A stretch of DNA of 54,453 bases, filler included, from Bipalium vagum (taxonomy: Eukaryota), in the NCBI GenBank assembly GCA_037834085.1. It is 3 parts of 3 records of this genome, joined end to end, with 100 filler letters (N's around TTAATTAATTAA, not from the genome) between each part and the next. Parts side by side here need not be neighbours in the genome. Positions count along the whole stretch, not along the records: positions 1 to 19,513 come from JBBMKC010001509.1; 2 more parts are not named here. One strand, written 5' to 3'. The position numbers and the translations under genes are program-made. Of the stretch, positions 1 to 13,689 are shown piece by piece. The first letter of the stretch is position 1. Each line of letters starts with the position of its first letter. The notes under the pieces are model-generated. The model did no database searches. It had not been told where the DNA came from and was given only the letters and a program-made list of their open reading frames with translations.

Positions 1-88
1 CGCATAATGATGACAAAATATAAAGTAATATTCATTCTAATATACAATGGGCAAATAATTTTGTCAAAGAGTGTATTGTACACATATA

Positions 89-1330
89 AACACTGCCATA
101 CAAAAGTTCTTAGACACTGAATATTATAATGGTTTATTAACAAAGTCTAATTAAAACTTTGAAGTGAAAACTAAAATATGGAAACAATGAAATACTGGTA
201 TACAGCTTCAACATGTTATTTTATTTTTTGTCATCAAATTTGTTTTTCATCGAATAACCCACCTTCTGCTTTTAACACGGCTTAAATGATTATGAGCATT
301 ATGTTGGTAAGATTTTGAAGTTTGGATAATTTTTAACTATTCTATTCATATTCCAATATGCTCCAAAGGTGTTCCTGAGAAGATGAGAATTTTTTTCTGA
401 TGAGACGATCCAACTCATCCCAGAATAACTCTATCGGATTCAAATCAGGAGACTAATGGCCAATCCATAATTGTGAGAGTTCCATATTTCTGTTTTTCGT
501 TTAGATAATTCTGACAAAGCTTAACAGTATGTTTAGGATAATTATCTTGGGGCAGAACAGATCCATGCCCAATAAGTTTCTTTCCTGTAGGAACTGCTTT
601 GTGAACATGTATGCTGTGATATGTTCAAGAATACCTTTGATCATATAAAAAGGACTAACTCCTTTGAATGGAAGTCCACCCCAAGACACACAGAAATTCT
701 ACCGAACTGACCAACTGATCTACTGAAATTCCTTTGTCATGAAAAATATTGAAATCTATAGTGATTTCTGGAGCCGTCAGGCGTATGATATATTGATCTT
801 CTTGATTTGCTATCCCACGATGTCTTCCACTACGCGGTGTGTCTGGATTGGATTCAGTCTCAATGTATCGCTGAATTCGTGGAATATTCATTTTCTTTGA
901 AATTTCTCTCAAGATTAACTTTAGGCAGCATTTCCTGTAAAAACTTCCGTGCACACATATTTCTTTAGAAATTAACTATTATCTTATTTTTGTGATATGG
1001 TTCTAACTATGGAATATTGCATATTATTTACAAAGATTTATTTTTAAATAAACACAATCACAATACAACAATAATAAATACCTTTTATTAAGAATAAAAT
1101 AATACCATGAATATAAAGTGATGATACCAACATACGAGATATTTTCATAAAATTCCCATTTATTACGAAAATAAATAACTTAAAAATTTGTACTATCTGA
1201 AACTTAAATATGATATCATATTTTCCGGGTAAAAATTTGTATTTCTTGAACATTTAGCATCTCTAATCGCTTAAACTTTCGTTTTTCTTGTTAAATTTAA
1301 AGTGTCCAAGAACTTTTGCACGGCACTGTG
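89..1330 (-). mobile_element. Tc1-family (DD34E-type) transposon, decayed and internally deleted
   Basis: Imperfect ~30-bp TIRs (CACTGCCATACAAAAGTTCTTAGACACT at 91-118; AGTGTCCAAGAACTTTTGCACGGCACTG at 1301-1328) with flanking TA. Minus-strand remnants include HTH-region PRSGR..EDQYIIR (ORF 655-954) and C-terminal SPDLNPIELFWDELDR...VLKAEGGLFDEKQI* (~240-460). Confidence 0.85.
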
Positions 1331-2519
1331 TATTTTATATATTGTACGAAAAGCGATATTAAGTTCATAATAATTAGTTATTTCACTGATAACTAAAAAA
1401 CTATCATTATATTAAAAAAAATTTGCAACAAAGAATTATATTACATTATAATTATGACATCGAAAATCAATCAGAAATAGATATTATTGATAGATATCAT
1501 TGAAAGTTTTGACAATAAAAATGCGCCATTACTTCCCGAATGATCTAATTTTTGAAACTGCAAAAATGAAGGAGAGATAATGGAAAATTTTAAATTTTTC
1601 CCTATTTTTATGAATTAAATATAAGATTTAAAAGTTGGAATTAAAAAAAATTTCCTAATTAATTAATTAGAATTTTAGTTAATCTTTTTTATTAACTTTG
1701 TATCGAAAGTGATATATATCCTCAGTGGCAATATGATATAATTAAAGTAATTTAATAATTAAATAACTGTCCTGATATCCATTCTGAGTAATAGCTCTCC
1801 CTTGATACATCACAAAAAGATATATATGCAGTATGATGAAAAGACTTTGAAAATCTTTTCCATTTACATTAAGGAGAATTAAAAACAGTGATTTGAAACT
1901 GAAGGTAAGCCTGTAAAACGAACAGCAAAAAGAAATGGACTGTGATAAAAATAAAATGTTTATAAGTATGACGATACAGGGAATTTGAAAGATTAAAGTT
2001 TAAAGTGGGTAAAAGGAAATCGATTGCATATATAACTCACACTCAAAATTAAAACCCTTTGGTAAATCAAAATAATTCATGAAGCAATGATACTAATATA
2101 ATTAATGGTAATAATATGAAAATAAGAAATATAATATTAAATAATAATAATAATAATATTTAATATAATATAATAATAAATATGCAAATATTAATACTTA
2201 CAACATCATAGAATTGGCATTATTAGATGTTCTTTGCAATTCTAACGACTGATCACTATTTTTTGAAGGAGATTTCTTTCTACTCAAAATTCCTTAAAGA
2301 CCTATTACTTTCAAGATTATCCCCAAATTGTTCTTTATGGAATATCTCTATTTTGTTTATAATGATCAAAATAAAGGGTGAAGACACCAAAATATTGATA
2401 TATAAAAGTCATTGTTTAAGGAAGACTATTAGGTTTATGATTTTAAAATCTTTTTATTTCACAACAATACATGAATCGTATAAATAAAAATTAAAAAATT
2501 AATTATATGATGTGCAGTA

Positions 2520-2960
2520 TGCTACTGAGCGGACTTTCCTTATGATTGGTTTCATTAGATTTTAAACAGATACTCTAAAAACTTTTTTTGAAGTTTACTA
2601 CCACTTGGATTGAAACTGTCCAGTGGTTTGTATCTCATGATCAATTTTTTAGTATTCCTTTCACAATTAACAAATACTGCTCAATAGGTTGAAGCTCTGG
2701 ACTATTAAGTGGATTATAATCTCTATAAACAAAATTGACTTGTTTCTCATTGTACCATTTTATTGTGTTATTTAAGTAGTGACAACTTGATAAACAACGA
2801 CTTGATCAAAACAAAGGCATCATTTGATGTTTTCTTATAAAAAGTAAGTCTCTTTTGCAAGCACTCGCCCACATATATTTAGCTATTTATTGTTCCAATT
2901 GTCACGTAAGGCTCACTCATCATACCACATGAGCATAACGCCTACCAAATTTAAAATTTA
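2520..2960 (-). mobile_element. IS630-Tc1-mariner transposase remnant, DD37E-like
   Basis: Minus translation LF*S..LSSCHYLNNTIKWYNEKQVNFVYRDYNPLNSPELQPIEQY resembles the FWPDLASSHY...NPPNCPxLRPIE motifs of DD37E elements. Contains stops; ends approximate. Confidence 0.6.
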
Positions 2961-3059
2961 ATAAATATATATGTGAGCAATGGAAACGTGTGCATAGTTC
3001 GAATATAATAACTGAAGATGAAACAATATTAAGTTAATATGTTCCAGTATCAAAAAAGA

Positions 3060-3490
3060 TCTAGGGAGTAAAAATGTTTGAACCTGAAACATCTTGTCAC
3101 AGGTCTTTGATTGTGACAGTGCCTTCGAATCACATGGAAGTATTACTTATTTATTATTCTAATTGATAATAGATCTATAAATTTACAAGAAATTCTACAA
3201 AAATATTAAGTTATGGTTTCTTCAAGATAATACACTTATTCACGGGTTCAGCATATCTCAGCACAATTAAGTATGATGCGCTTGATCTTCTGATCTATTC
3301 TCCTTATAATCCTGATCTTAATCAATTCTACTTCTACTTGTTTAATCATCTAAATAAATGTCTGACAGGTCCTAAATTGGACATCCATGGTAATATAAGG
3401 TGCCGTGTAGGAATTTTCTTCAAATGTCATAGACTTTTAATAATTTGGTCGAACTATGGCAAAAGTATGTCAATAACAAGCTTTCAGAAC
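3060..3490 (+). mobile_element. mariner transposase C-terminal remnant
   Basis: LLIYSPYNPDLNQFYFYLFNHLNKCLTG at ~3287-3370 is a degenerate HPPYSPDLAPSDFxLF motif. Confidence 0.55.
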
Positions 3491-4539
3491 TCTTTTTATT
3501 CTCACTATTTATTTGTGTATCATTTACAAAATACTGAACTCAGTTAATTTGGTGAAAGATTTGTAGATAAAACATAGACTCTGATATATGTTGAATTACA
3601 GGCTGAGCATTTTAACTATTTTTAAAAAATAGGTTTCATTGATCTTATTGTTCTACATACTTTATTTTGTTTAAGTGAATTTATCCATTATGATGTTTCT
3701 GAAAACAACTCTTTAAAAAATAAATAAATAAATTATAGTTAATTTAAATATGTTAATGACATATATCCAAGATTCCAAGTTTCTTTAATAATTTCATTGT
3801 TGTTTGTTCTCATTTGTATTAACTCCTCGTCACTTTAATGGTAATGATCAGTTCTTTATAAATGAAAAATGCCATTATCATTATTTTAGTATATATTATA
3901 TTTTCATTTTTTCATACCCGATTAATTATTGACGAAGTGCTGTTGGAAATATTGTGAGACTATTGAATGAGATTGAGAAAATTATTATCTTTTCTCGATA
4001 ATGGTTGTGCTCGTGTCCCGAGATAGTTTGGTGACTAGCGCGTGTGATAAAGAAACAGATCTCTACCGACAAGCCCAAGTCAAAGTCCACTCAAGTTTTG
4101 GTTTTAAAAGAAATCAATTTTCATTAATTATTTTTGTTATTTTATCTTATTGTATTCTATCCATTTCGTCCCTCGTGGAAGCCGAGAGACTGTAATTATG
4201 GAAAACTTTTAACATTTTTCGAGTATCATGTAACATTATTCGAAATATTACGATTGTTTTGTCACTGTTTAGATTGATTAAGGCTTAGAAACTTAGTTGT
4301 TTTATAAAGGTGTGGTAATTAGAAAACACAGCTAAAAGTTGGAATCATATCTTTTTGGGGTCTTATAATTATTCTCCAGAAATTTAACAAGGTCGTTCAA
4401 ATTTAATTTACAACATTGTCATTGGAGATTAAATGTGAGTTTATTCATACTACCATAAAATTAGACAACAAAATACTGTTTTGGTATCTAAAGTACTCCA
4501 GACTATTAAAGCTTTTGGTCCCAAAATGTTACAAAGAAA

Positions 4540-4830
4540 ATAATTACCTGCTTCTTTGATTTGAAAGGAAATGTAACAATGATAATTTTAGAGAGTCAAA
4601 GACTTTCAATCCTGAATGGTATAAAACCGTTTGCTTAAAACCACTAAACATGTAAAGTCAATGAGACATATCCGGTATTCACTAGATTTATCAACTTGTG
4701 ACTTCTTTTTGTTCTCAACCAATCAAAAAGAAATGAGAGAATTTCGTCACTTAAAGCAGGTATTGCAAAATTTGATGTGTTGGTATCTGAAGTGCCGAGT
4801 TCAGAATGCAAATATCCGTCGAAAAATTGA
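4540..4830 (+). mobile_element. mariner transposase remnant
   Basis: HIRYSLDLSTCDFFLF within ORF 4631-5041 is a degenerate YSPDLAPCDFFLF motif. Confidence 0.55.
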
Positions 4831-5104
4831 TGCGATTTTTTTGAAAAAAATTTTTTTGGTTTTTTTCTTTCTAGTACTAAATTTAATAAACTTTCCCAGC
4901 AGTCTACGTACTGTTAGAAAAAAATATAATCGGATAGTGCCTAATTCTTATACATGTACTGCATTAATCAAGGACTTTTTAATCAAATTTTTTTATAAGT
5001 ACATGATTTTAAGGTTGATTTTAATGAAACTTTCTCTTTAAAAATCCTCGTGTTAGAATTTGTTATTTTAAGAAAGTGTTTTTGAATTTTAATCAATCAA
5101 ATTT

Positions 5105-5480
5105 CAATGCAAAAAAATAATTGGACACCACTCATTTTTTTCTGTAAAATGTAACAATCTTTAATAGTTTCGCAAATGTATTAAATATTCTCAACTTTTT
5201 GTTTTATATATTTCAGTGGTTTTTATTAAATTTGAAATTAATGACAACGCAAAATAGGAAGCAATAAGGAACTGTTAATCAAAAGAATCTCATTTTCTAT
5301 CTACATGAGAGAGAATACTCGATTAAAACAATTTAGACAGAAACGAATATTCTGAAGTCTTTCCGAATCAATCTTTAAAAAAATTAGAAGATTTGGTTCA
5401 ATATCCGATTTACCTGAGAGTGATCAAAATAGCAAGACTACCAATCTATCAATTTTATTATCGTATTTTATCGTGTATAA
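5105..5480 (+). mobile_element. Tc1-like 5' end fragment
   Basis: TIR-like CAATGCAAAAAAATAATTGGACAC at ~5105-5128, followed by a broken HTH-like N-terminal frame from ATG 5241. Confidence 0.35.
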
Positions 5481-5569
5481 CCCCTGGATTATATAAATTT
5501 CCTTTTTATAAGTTTTTAAATCCGGTAATTTTAATTTCAAAAATAAACCAAAACGTGAGTTCTCCACTT

Positions 5570-5800
5570 TTCAACTTTTCTTTCCTAACAAATGATTTAA
5601 ATGAATGATTAACACCAATGGCAAGATTCTGCAGTTTTGAGGTCAAACTACCTGGTTTGATGACAACATGAGTACCTACACATTTTAATGACTTCTTCAT
5701 TGATTCAAGACGATGTATAGATATTGAATCTAAAACCAACAATGATTTTCTAGTAAAAAATGCATCTATTCAAGTTCTTAACCATCTGAAAATCCACGTT
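5570..5800 (-). mobile_element. pogo/Tigger-type (DDE_1) transposase remnant
   Basis: ORF 5506-5742, LVLDSISIH...VVIKPGSLTSKLQNLAIGVNHSFKSFVR, matches the pogo consensus LxLDxxxxH...IPGGxTSxLQPLDVGVNxxFK. Confidence 0.7.
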
Positions 5801-6145
5801 TTTTCTTATTTCCTAATTTGTTTAGCCTTTCTTATTTCACATAACGATCAAGTCATTACAGAATTCTTCACGTGACATTTTTATTCTCTTACAAATTCAC
5901 AAATTTTTATTCACAAATTTTATTCACAAATTTGACTAAACGTTTCAAAGTTGAATGACTTTAATTTGCCCAAGAACATGTTTTAAACCCAGTGTCATTT
6001 TGGAACAATATTTTTTGATCTGTTGAACAGAATTTCAATCTTAGATCATCTACTGAGCCTTAGAAAGTTTTACAAAAAGTGGATGAAGCCTTTCCTCTTA
6101 TCTGCATATGTGGAACAGTTAAACTAGGAGTAGTCAATAATAAAT

Positions 6146-6790
6146 CGTATTAATAAAAATGTATTTTTATAATTTAGTGCTTTAATTGGTCATATTATTA
6201 TATTGTTGTCAAGCATGAAATTTATAGTTTAAAATATTAAAATTAAAAACATAATATCTCCAACTTTACTAGCTGATTATTTGACATTGGCTTAATATTT
6301 GACCATTCAGTTTTTTGTGTTAGTAATTTTCACATTTTTCCTTCTTAAAGTAATCTTTATAAGCTGAAAAAATATTAATTTTTTTTTAATTAATCGATTT
6401 TATTTAAAATATTTGAAATGTACATCATTATGAATGGCATCGTAAACCGCCAAAACATTAATAGTGTTCTTGTTACGACACAGTAGAGAATATCAATTTT
6501 CAATTACGGGAATTGAAAAAACAACCGCTTAATTGGAAAAAGTCCATAGACAATATGGACACATTCTTTGATGAATACCATATATCCTTGTATTTTTAAC
6601 TTATCACTAAAATTTTATTTTATTTTACGAATTGCATATTTGACAACCTGGTATATTAGTATAATAGAAGATATATAGTTGCATAAAGTACTTGTATACA
6701 AAATTGTGATATTACAGCCTTTCTAAGATCGACATCAATACCTGTCAATATTGAACTTGGCCTGAAAAGAAATCCCACCAATAATTAATA
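6146..6790. repeat. Dispersed repeat copy 1 (blocks in order A then B)
   Basis: 6205-6429 aligns by eye to 17549-17762, and 6636-6786 aligns to 17290-17457. Contains the inverted motif GTTGTCAA...TTGACAAC. Confidence 0.85.
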
Positions 6791-6929
6791 ATAAAATAGA
6801 ATAAATCGAAAAAAAATTGTGCTAAATCCGCGCAGAATTTTCTGTAAAAATGAATGGAAGGGATTTTCCTAATAAAGATAAAAACCCAAACCATTAATGT
6901 GAAAAAAAATAATGCCTGGAAAGGCTTAT

Positions 6930-7850
6930 TTTTATTTAATATTTTATAAAAATATCTCCGATAATCAGTCGTTATTTCCTTAAATGTCAGAAAACTAAAA
7001 GCAAATCCCTCATTTCAACCGTGGATATGTCTTTGCTCAATCGATATTGATGGAAAAGTATTTTGAAATTCTCTTGAATGCGAATGATCATTAACTCGCA
7101 CAAGAAGTTAATAATTCTTTGATGTCCATAGGCTATAAACAATATTATTTCTTTTTCATCATTATTTTTCTAATTTTCCATAATGCGACATTCAATAAAA
7201 ATGAAACTTCTGAATAATTAAATACTTTTGAGGAATTGATAAATTATTTATTTTCAAAAGTAAATTCTCCTGTTGATTTTATTGAACTTTACTGAATAAA
7301 AACGATTTAACAAAATCGTGATAATAAAATAATTATACTTATAATCATAGCCATATGAGGAATATGTAGATGAAATAATAACTTTGTAACTTAATTAACG
7401 GACTCAGTGATTCTCTGGAGTGAGCGACAGGTTTGGATATCTGTTTATTATGAGATTGATGAATTCGGGGAAAACTGCACTTGGGCATTTTTTCGATGTT
7501 TATTACAGATCTGAAAGTTCGATTCAATCCTTTCTCAGGCCCCAGGCTGGTTTATATACCAGAATAAAATATGATACACATTAGATTTTTACTACAAAGT
7601 CAATAATGATCTCTTAAGTATATCTACCAAAAGTTGAATTCGTACCTTAAAAAGGAGGAAGAATACACCCAAAATATACAGGTATTTGGTCCTTATGCTT
7701 TCAATCTTTTGGTGGAAACTTTGGTGGAAATCTGAGCTTGATGCCCAATAATTTTTCATTAAGTTCAAAAATACCATACAACATTTCACCAGAATAAATA
7801 ATATTATTAATAAATTCCAATATTGTTGGGAAAACTATTTCTTTTTGAAT
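6930..7850 (-). pseudogene. Possible decayed MATH/TRAF-like domain gene
   Basis: Two stop-interrupted minus frames: IYSGEMLYGIFELNEKLLGIKLRFPPK..KDQIPVYF...AWGLRK and GEFTFENK*FINSSKVFNYSEVSF..LWKIRK..IILFIAY...GFAFSFLTFKEI. The spacing is loosely MATH-like. Pattern recognition only. Confidence 0.25.
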
Positions 7851-10559
7851 AAATAATAAAATTATTATTTAATTTTGAGTCATCTTATTTAATTCTGGAC
7901 CTAATTTTGATACATTAATTTCACTCCATTCAACATACGGAGTATGCATAATTTATACTTTTATATGAAAATTTTCAATATCGACAGATTTAATCCATGA
8001 AATATCAGAATTTTTGAAAATTGAATAAAATTTTTCTTCATAGAGAAACTTTAATTCATGTTTTTAATACATTTTTTGAAGAAAAATTACTTGAGTACCT
8101 GACCGAAATAAATTTTAAAATATTTTAAAACTATTAATATTCGTCTTTTGTTTAAATGTAGTAAAAAAATAATTTCCTTTTTTGATATATCAGGCTGATT
8201 AGAAATGTATGAATGTGTTTGAGTGGTTTAAATTGTTGATAATTTTTTCTCATTTTAAATTAAAATCGAAGAAACATTTAAACTAAGATTTTGTTTAAAA
8301 ATATTATTATATTATAAAATAATAATTTTATAGTCTTTCATAAAACCATTCAGGTGAATATTTTATTTTTCCAAAAAATGGAATTAGGAAATATTATATA
8401 TTCGATATTTTCTTAAATCTCAACACTGTTTTATCTAGAAAAAATATTTCTAGTTTTACTTATTTTAAGTGATAAGTTTTATCTTTCGAAATTAATAAAA
8501 AAATATTTTTTTACGAAATTATTAAACCATTTATATATCCGCTTAATGTTTAGGCTTCAGTTTGAACATTATATAATTATTTGTTTTAATAAATAAATAT
8601 TAATGTTCGATTTTTATTTTAGTCAGATAAATTACTTTTTTAAAATATATATAAAATATTAAATTGATTTTTGTGATTAAATCACATAATAGTAATAAAA
8701 ATTTATAAATTTATTTTTAAATAAATTTCTTCCATAAATCAACGTTTGTCTTTTGAAGTTAATAAAACCTCTTACAATTATAAGAAAATAGTTATTTAAA
8801 GAAAAAATCAAGAATAATAAGGTTTAGTAATTACAAAATTAATATTTCTCACCGATCATAAAATAAAAACTTTGTAGAATCATAAAAATCTTTGCAATTG
8901 ATCATAAAAAGGAGAGCATTTTGTATAATTTGCTTTCTATACCAATCAAATCACTGAATCCAAATGCCAATTGCTGTGAACTAAAGTTAATAGTAGGTTT
9001 ATTATTAATAATATATAATCTAAGCAAGATTTTTTATCAACCATATGGTAATATAAGCCTTTACATCAGCTGTTTTTGAAAAAATAAACCTTGTGAATTT
9101 TTAAAAAATAAATTATTACTCTTCTGAAACCTCATTTTATTGAAATGTGCAATATTTTGTATCCATTTATTATTCTTAAGAATAATTTATTTATTTATAT
9201 ATTAAATATTATATTATAGAAATATATTAAAAATTGTAATACCAATTATAATTTCCAAAGATAAAAATAACGAATCAGAATTTTGTTTTTTTCTTTTTAA
9301 AATTCAGTGGAAAATTAAATAAAATATAAAATTTATTCTGATATGTTAAAAAGAAAGTGTTAAAGTATGAATTTAGTAACTTTAACCTTAAAATATAGAC
9401 TTTCGTACGCCCTGGTCTAGTTTGAAGCAATCTAAAATGACATGAGTGGGTCAGAACACTTCTCTCTAAATTTTATAAGACATTTAGTATTTCAGTATAT
9501 TTGTCGTCAATCAAAGTAAATAATAAAGTTGATCATAAATGAAAAATTTTTAAATTTTGATGCGTGTAATATTTTGTTGGGATCCACAATAAAATCTACT
9601 TTGACCCTTAAAAAATTAGTAGAAACTCTAAAGAAAATTAATCTAGACCACTGAAAACCCAAGAAAAGTCACAGTCAAGTTTATGAAAATTATAGAGACC
9701 AACAATTAGTCTCCTAAGCTAATCTTAAGTTGCTCAACAATCACAACGACTGACAATTTTATACAATTTTGTTGATAATTTGATATTTGATATTATTTTT
9801 GATATTTTCATGACTTCTTTTCTTGTACCAATGTTTTTCATAAATGTATATTTTTGTGTATAATAATCTTTGTCTAGCTAAATACCTATTTAATAAAGGT
9901 AAAATAAATCATAATAATTAATAATAGTAACATTATAAATAAACTAAATCACAAACAGAATAATTTAATATTAATGTTATAATAATATATATAATTATTA
10001 AAATCGTGGATTTAAAAAGCCAGAAATAATTAATAATATTAATAATAAAATTAGTAGGCTGAAATATTCATAAATAATTTGGAGATTGCTAAAATTAACA
10101 ATCCTCTAAACTAGATTAATTTAAAGAGTTTAAGAAATAAATAATTAACAAGGAGTCTTACTAAATATGGTGACAAAAATAGCGATCAACTTAATTTACT
10201 AAGTACTTAATAGGAATAGTAAATTTTATTTAAAATCAAAATGAATCTATTAAAAATAGTAAGAAACAATCTTAACCAATCAAATTGATCAAATCGTCAA
10301 CAAAAACAAACTTAAAAGAATACATTTTGAACTATTTTAAATATTAAAGACGAATTAAGAAAGCCAATAAGAGGATCGATTCTGGTTTGCTTTAAGTTAC
10401 AGTATATGTATCTCTTACATTCAAAAAATATTTTATTTGGTGTTTGGTGAACAACAGTTGGGATTATTCTTTGTGAATTTTTGGAAAGTAACCAAGCCAC
10501 CACCGCTGCAGTCTATTGTGATAAGCTTGAGCAAGTAGCACTTAACTAGAAATAACTTT

Positions 10560-10937
10560 CTTTGATCAATCAAAAGAATGTGCTTTTCATACAAGCAAAC
10601 GCTGGTCTCATGTTGCATGAGTGACCTAGGAAAAAAGTTTTGAGTTTGGATGGAAAACTTAACACATCTACCTTATTTTTCATATATTTTTCCAAGTGGT
10701 TGTCATCTTTTTCTATCTCTTGATAACTTTATGAGGCAGCAGCTATTTAAGTCCGCAGTTTTTTATTTTAAATTTGTAGATGTTTAAAAAACCGGTACAC
10801 AACATTTGATGACACGTTAGCAGAAGGTTATATAGTGTGATGGTGATTATTTCGATGATTGATATTGTATTTGCGTTTTGTAATAAATCTTTTAATTTCT
10901 TGATCACAAACCAAACGAATTTTATTAGTTACCTATT
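10560..10937 (+). mobile_element. mariner 3' remnant with right TIR
   Basis: Degenerate HxPY..HLFLSLDNFMR, C-terminus LMTR*QKVI*CDGDYFDD*, then TIR-like ACGAATTTTATTAGTTACCTA. Confidence 0.65.
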
Positions 10938-11639
10938 AATAATTATTGTATCATATCAAATTTTAAAGATTAAGTATTTGTACAGTGATAATAAATATAT
11001 TTTTGACTTTGTGCGTAATAATTAATTGCACTTTCTCAGTGGACCTTGGTGAGCCAAAATTTTATAAGCTATTGTGAAAGCGATAGGATAGAAAGAGAGA
11101 AGTACAACTCTTACAATATATTTATATTTAATTTCAGATTGTAGAGATTCTTAAATGCCATGTGATTAAATAATAAATATTTTTTGAAAAAGGTCTTAAA
11201 TAAATCAATTAAAATTTCGATATGTGTGACATTCCTCTTTTCTGAAGAGAATTAGCCAATGGCGCTTTCAAACCTCAAAATTGTTTAATAATTAAAATAA
11301 AATATTAATGAAACTTCGTGACCTCAAACTACAAATTTTATTTTCAAAAATTCAAATTTGATAACCTCAACTTGGATAACAAAAAAGAAGCCAACTAAAA
11401 GAAGTTTGAGGATAGTGATTTTTTAACTTAGTGATAATAAAATATAATAAATAAAATCACAATCAAAATAATATATTAGGTTATTAATTCCGCGGATTTT
11501 TTAATGAAAATATTTATTTCTTATATATATCTATATAATGATTTTTATCATTTTAGTAATTGCTCTAATCAAACTTTCTAAAGGTAAATTTTAAATTGTC
11601 AAAACATTTTCAAATTTCAAAACATTTACTAATCTAGAT

Positions 11640-12240
11640 GTAAATATATGAGCAAACGAAAGAACATTTGCGGTATTTTACAATGTTATTATTCAATTTA
11701 AAGAAAACCGCTGCAACAATCGTATCCTACTTCGAGAATCTTATGATGATCATGCTCCATCGGCAGACACTTGCGAACGTTGGTTTTAGTTATTCAGAGC
11801 AGGCGATTATGATCTCAAAGATAGGGATGAATAAATTATAAATGTATTTTTTTAAAATATTACGCAGAATTAACTGCTACACCTAATATTTAAGAAATAA
11901 TAATTCAACTACTCCCAGACGACTACAGGTACCTAGAGAATTTTCAAAATAAAAGAAGAAAATTGGCGATTTGAATGAGGAATGTGAGCAAAACACCTTT
12001 GCTTCTGGATAAAAGAGAGAAATTTTGTAATGAATTGTTACAGGCATAAAAAACGATTTTTTTTCTATAATCCAAAACGAAAAAATTGAAATTAAAAAAA
12101 CACTAGTCTCAACCACAAAGTGAAATATCCAAAATTATAAGTTTATGCTTTATTTTTGTGTGATATAAAGGTATTTTTATCATAAACAAATGAAAACAAG
12201 GGACCACTTGGTTAGAGGAGATCAATATCGGTCCGATATA
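11640..12240 (+). mobile_element. mariner (Mos1/mauritiana-like) transposase pseudogene, N-terminal half
   Basis: KEHLR..FNLKKTAA / ESYDDHAPSADTCERWF*LFRAGDYDLKD closely parallels the Mos1 N-terminus. FYNPKRK follows at ~12062-12085. Many stops and frameshifts. Confidence 0.75.
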
Positions 12241-12299
12241 TAAATTGTATAATAAATAGGTCATTAAATGCCTCTAAAAGTCAGCTTTCGACTATATTA

Positions 12300-12716
12300 C
12301 GTTTCTTACATGAAAAATATATTTTTACTTTCAAAATAATAGTTTGACTTTTTTAAAATAACTGTTTCAGAAACTTACTACATACTTTGTGAGGTCAATG
12401 GTGAATACGCAACATATTATGTTATCTGTGAGCGTTGGTTTAAGCACACCAAAAATGATAATTTCACTGTGAAAAACAATAAACGTTCAGGTCATACTCC
12501 TGCATTTGAAGACCAACAATTTCAAGCCTTATTGGATGAAGATGCATATCAAAAACAAAAAAAATTTCCACGCACCTAAATATTGCTTAGGAAAAAGTTT
12601 CTGGTCGCTTAAATGCAATGGACAAGATTTTGAAAGAAAGAATATGGGTGCCACATAAATTGGACAATAGTTAGCTGGAAAACATAAAAGTATTCTGAGA
12701 AATGTTGCTGGAACAA

Positions 12717-12753
<37 letters not shown>

Positions 12754-12860
12754 CATAAAATTGTGATATGAGATAAGAAATTAACTTATTATTAGAATCC
12801 CAAACGCCATAGATCATGGGTTGATCTCGATCAAGATTGAAAAAAGATTGCTAGGCATAA
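12300..12860 (+). mobile_element. Second Mos1-like mariner pseudogene fragment
   Basis: ICERWFKHTKNDNFTVKNNKRSGHTPAFEDQQFQALLDEDAYQKQK...RLNAMDKILKERIWVPHKL, which includes the WVPHEL motif. Confidence 0.85.
12720..12750. repeat. (TA)n microsatellite inside the mariner remnant
   Basis: Perfect TA run of ~31 bp. Confidence 0.95.
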
Positions 12861-13069
12861 ATACAAATATCCAACATTACGGTATAAAATTTCTAATAGT
12901 CTCACATTTGCTTATTTGCTTTTGATTTTTAAATCTGTGTCAGGAGAATTAACAAGAACTTACAAAAAAGGTAATTATTTTTAAACTTGAATTTTATTGT
13001 CTTTGAATTTCAAAAGAATAATTGTAATAAGTAGAGCAATTTTTGTCAAAAGCCAATAGTATTTCAAAA

Positions 13070-13663
13070 AGTCAAATTAAAATCATATTATAATGATGTT
13101 GATTTCTTGATTTCAAACCTAAAAGCTGTATTAATAAAGAATTAGACTATACATGAGATACCATCCAAACCAATTGTTACAAGATGGGCTAGCTGGCTCA
13201 ATTCTGAAAAATACTATGCGGAAAACTTTTTGGTCATCAAAAACATTCTTCAGAAATTTGAAGACTGCAAAGAAATAAAAAAGCAGAACATCGCGAACCT
13301 AATATTTGCCAATAGCTTACGAGATATTTCGTTAAACTATGCAGTTTTGGAAAAACTTATTATTTAAGCTGAGACTGCAGAGTAGACAATAACGCAGGCT
13401 TAAAAGATCTTTTTAAATTGCAGTTTGTTGAAGATTCCTGCCATGTCAAAGAATATATTGCAGCAAGACTTGTGAAAAGTAATTTTGTAATAATTCAGGA
13501 CATGCGAAAGGAATCAATTTTAGCTATTGAATATTCATTCTTCATGAAATATTTACCTACCTCAGAAAGAATTTTCTCCATGCTAAATAAGCTTTTAGTT
13601 AAAGATAGAAATTTTGTTCCTGATAACAAAAAATATTATATTATTATGTTTCATAAATTCTAA
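13070..13663 (+). mobile_element. hAT-like (DUF659/CGGBP-related) transposase remnant, copy 1, C-terminal half
   Basis: IKSYYNDVDFLISNLKAVLIKN, PIVTRWASWLNSEKYYAENF (TRW motif), SERIFSMLNKLLVKDRNF (hAT dimerization ERxFS motif). Confidence 0.7.
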
Positions 13664-13689
13664 TTTTTTTATTATTAATTTACTTCAGT

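Noticed and set aside
395-425. CTGATGA hammerhead core candidates (also ~33088 and ~42668)
   Set aside because: No flanking stems or GAAA core, and all lie within transposase coding remnants.
1044-2487. Short AT-rich ORFs (1044-1253, 2227-2487 and similar elsewhere)
   Set aside because: F/I/K/L/N-biased translations typical of random AT-rich DNA, with no motifs or splice structure.
3941-4236. Possible solo LTR (TG...CA, GC-elevated)
   Set aside because: No TSD, no second copy, and no clear promoter or polyA order. Too weak to call.
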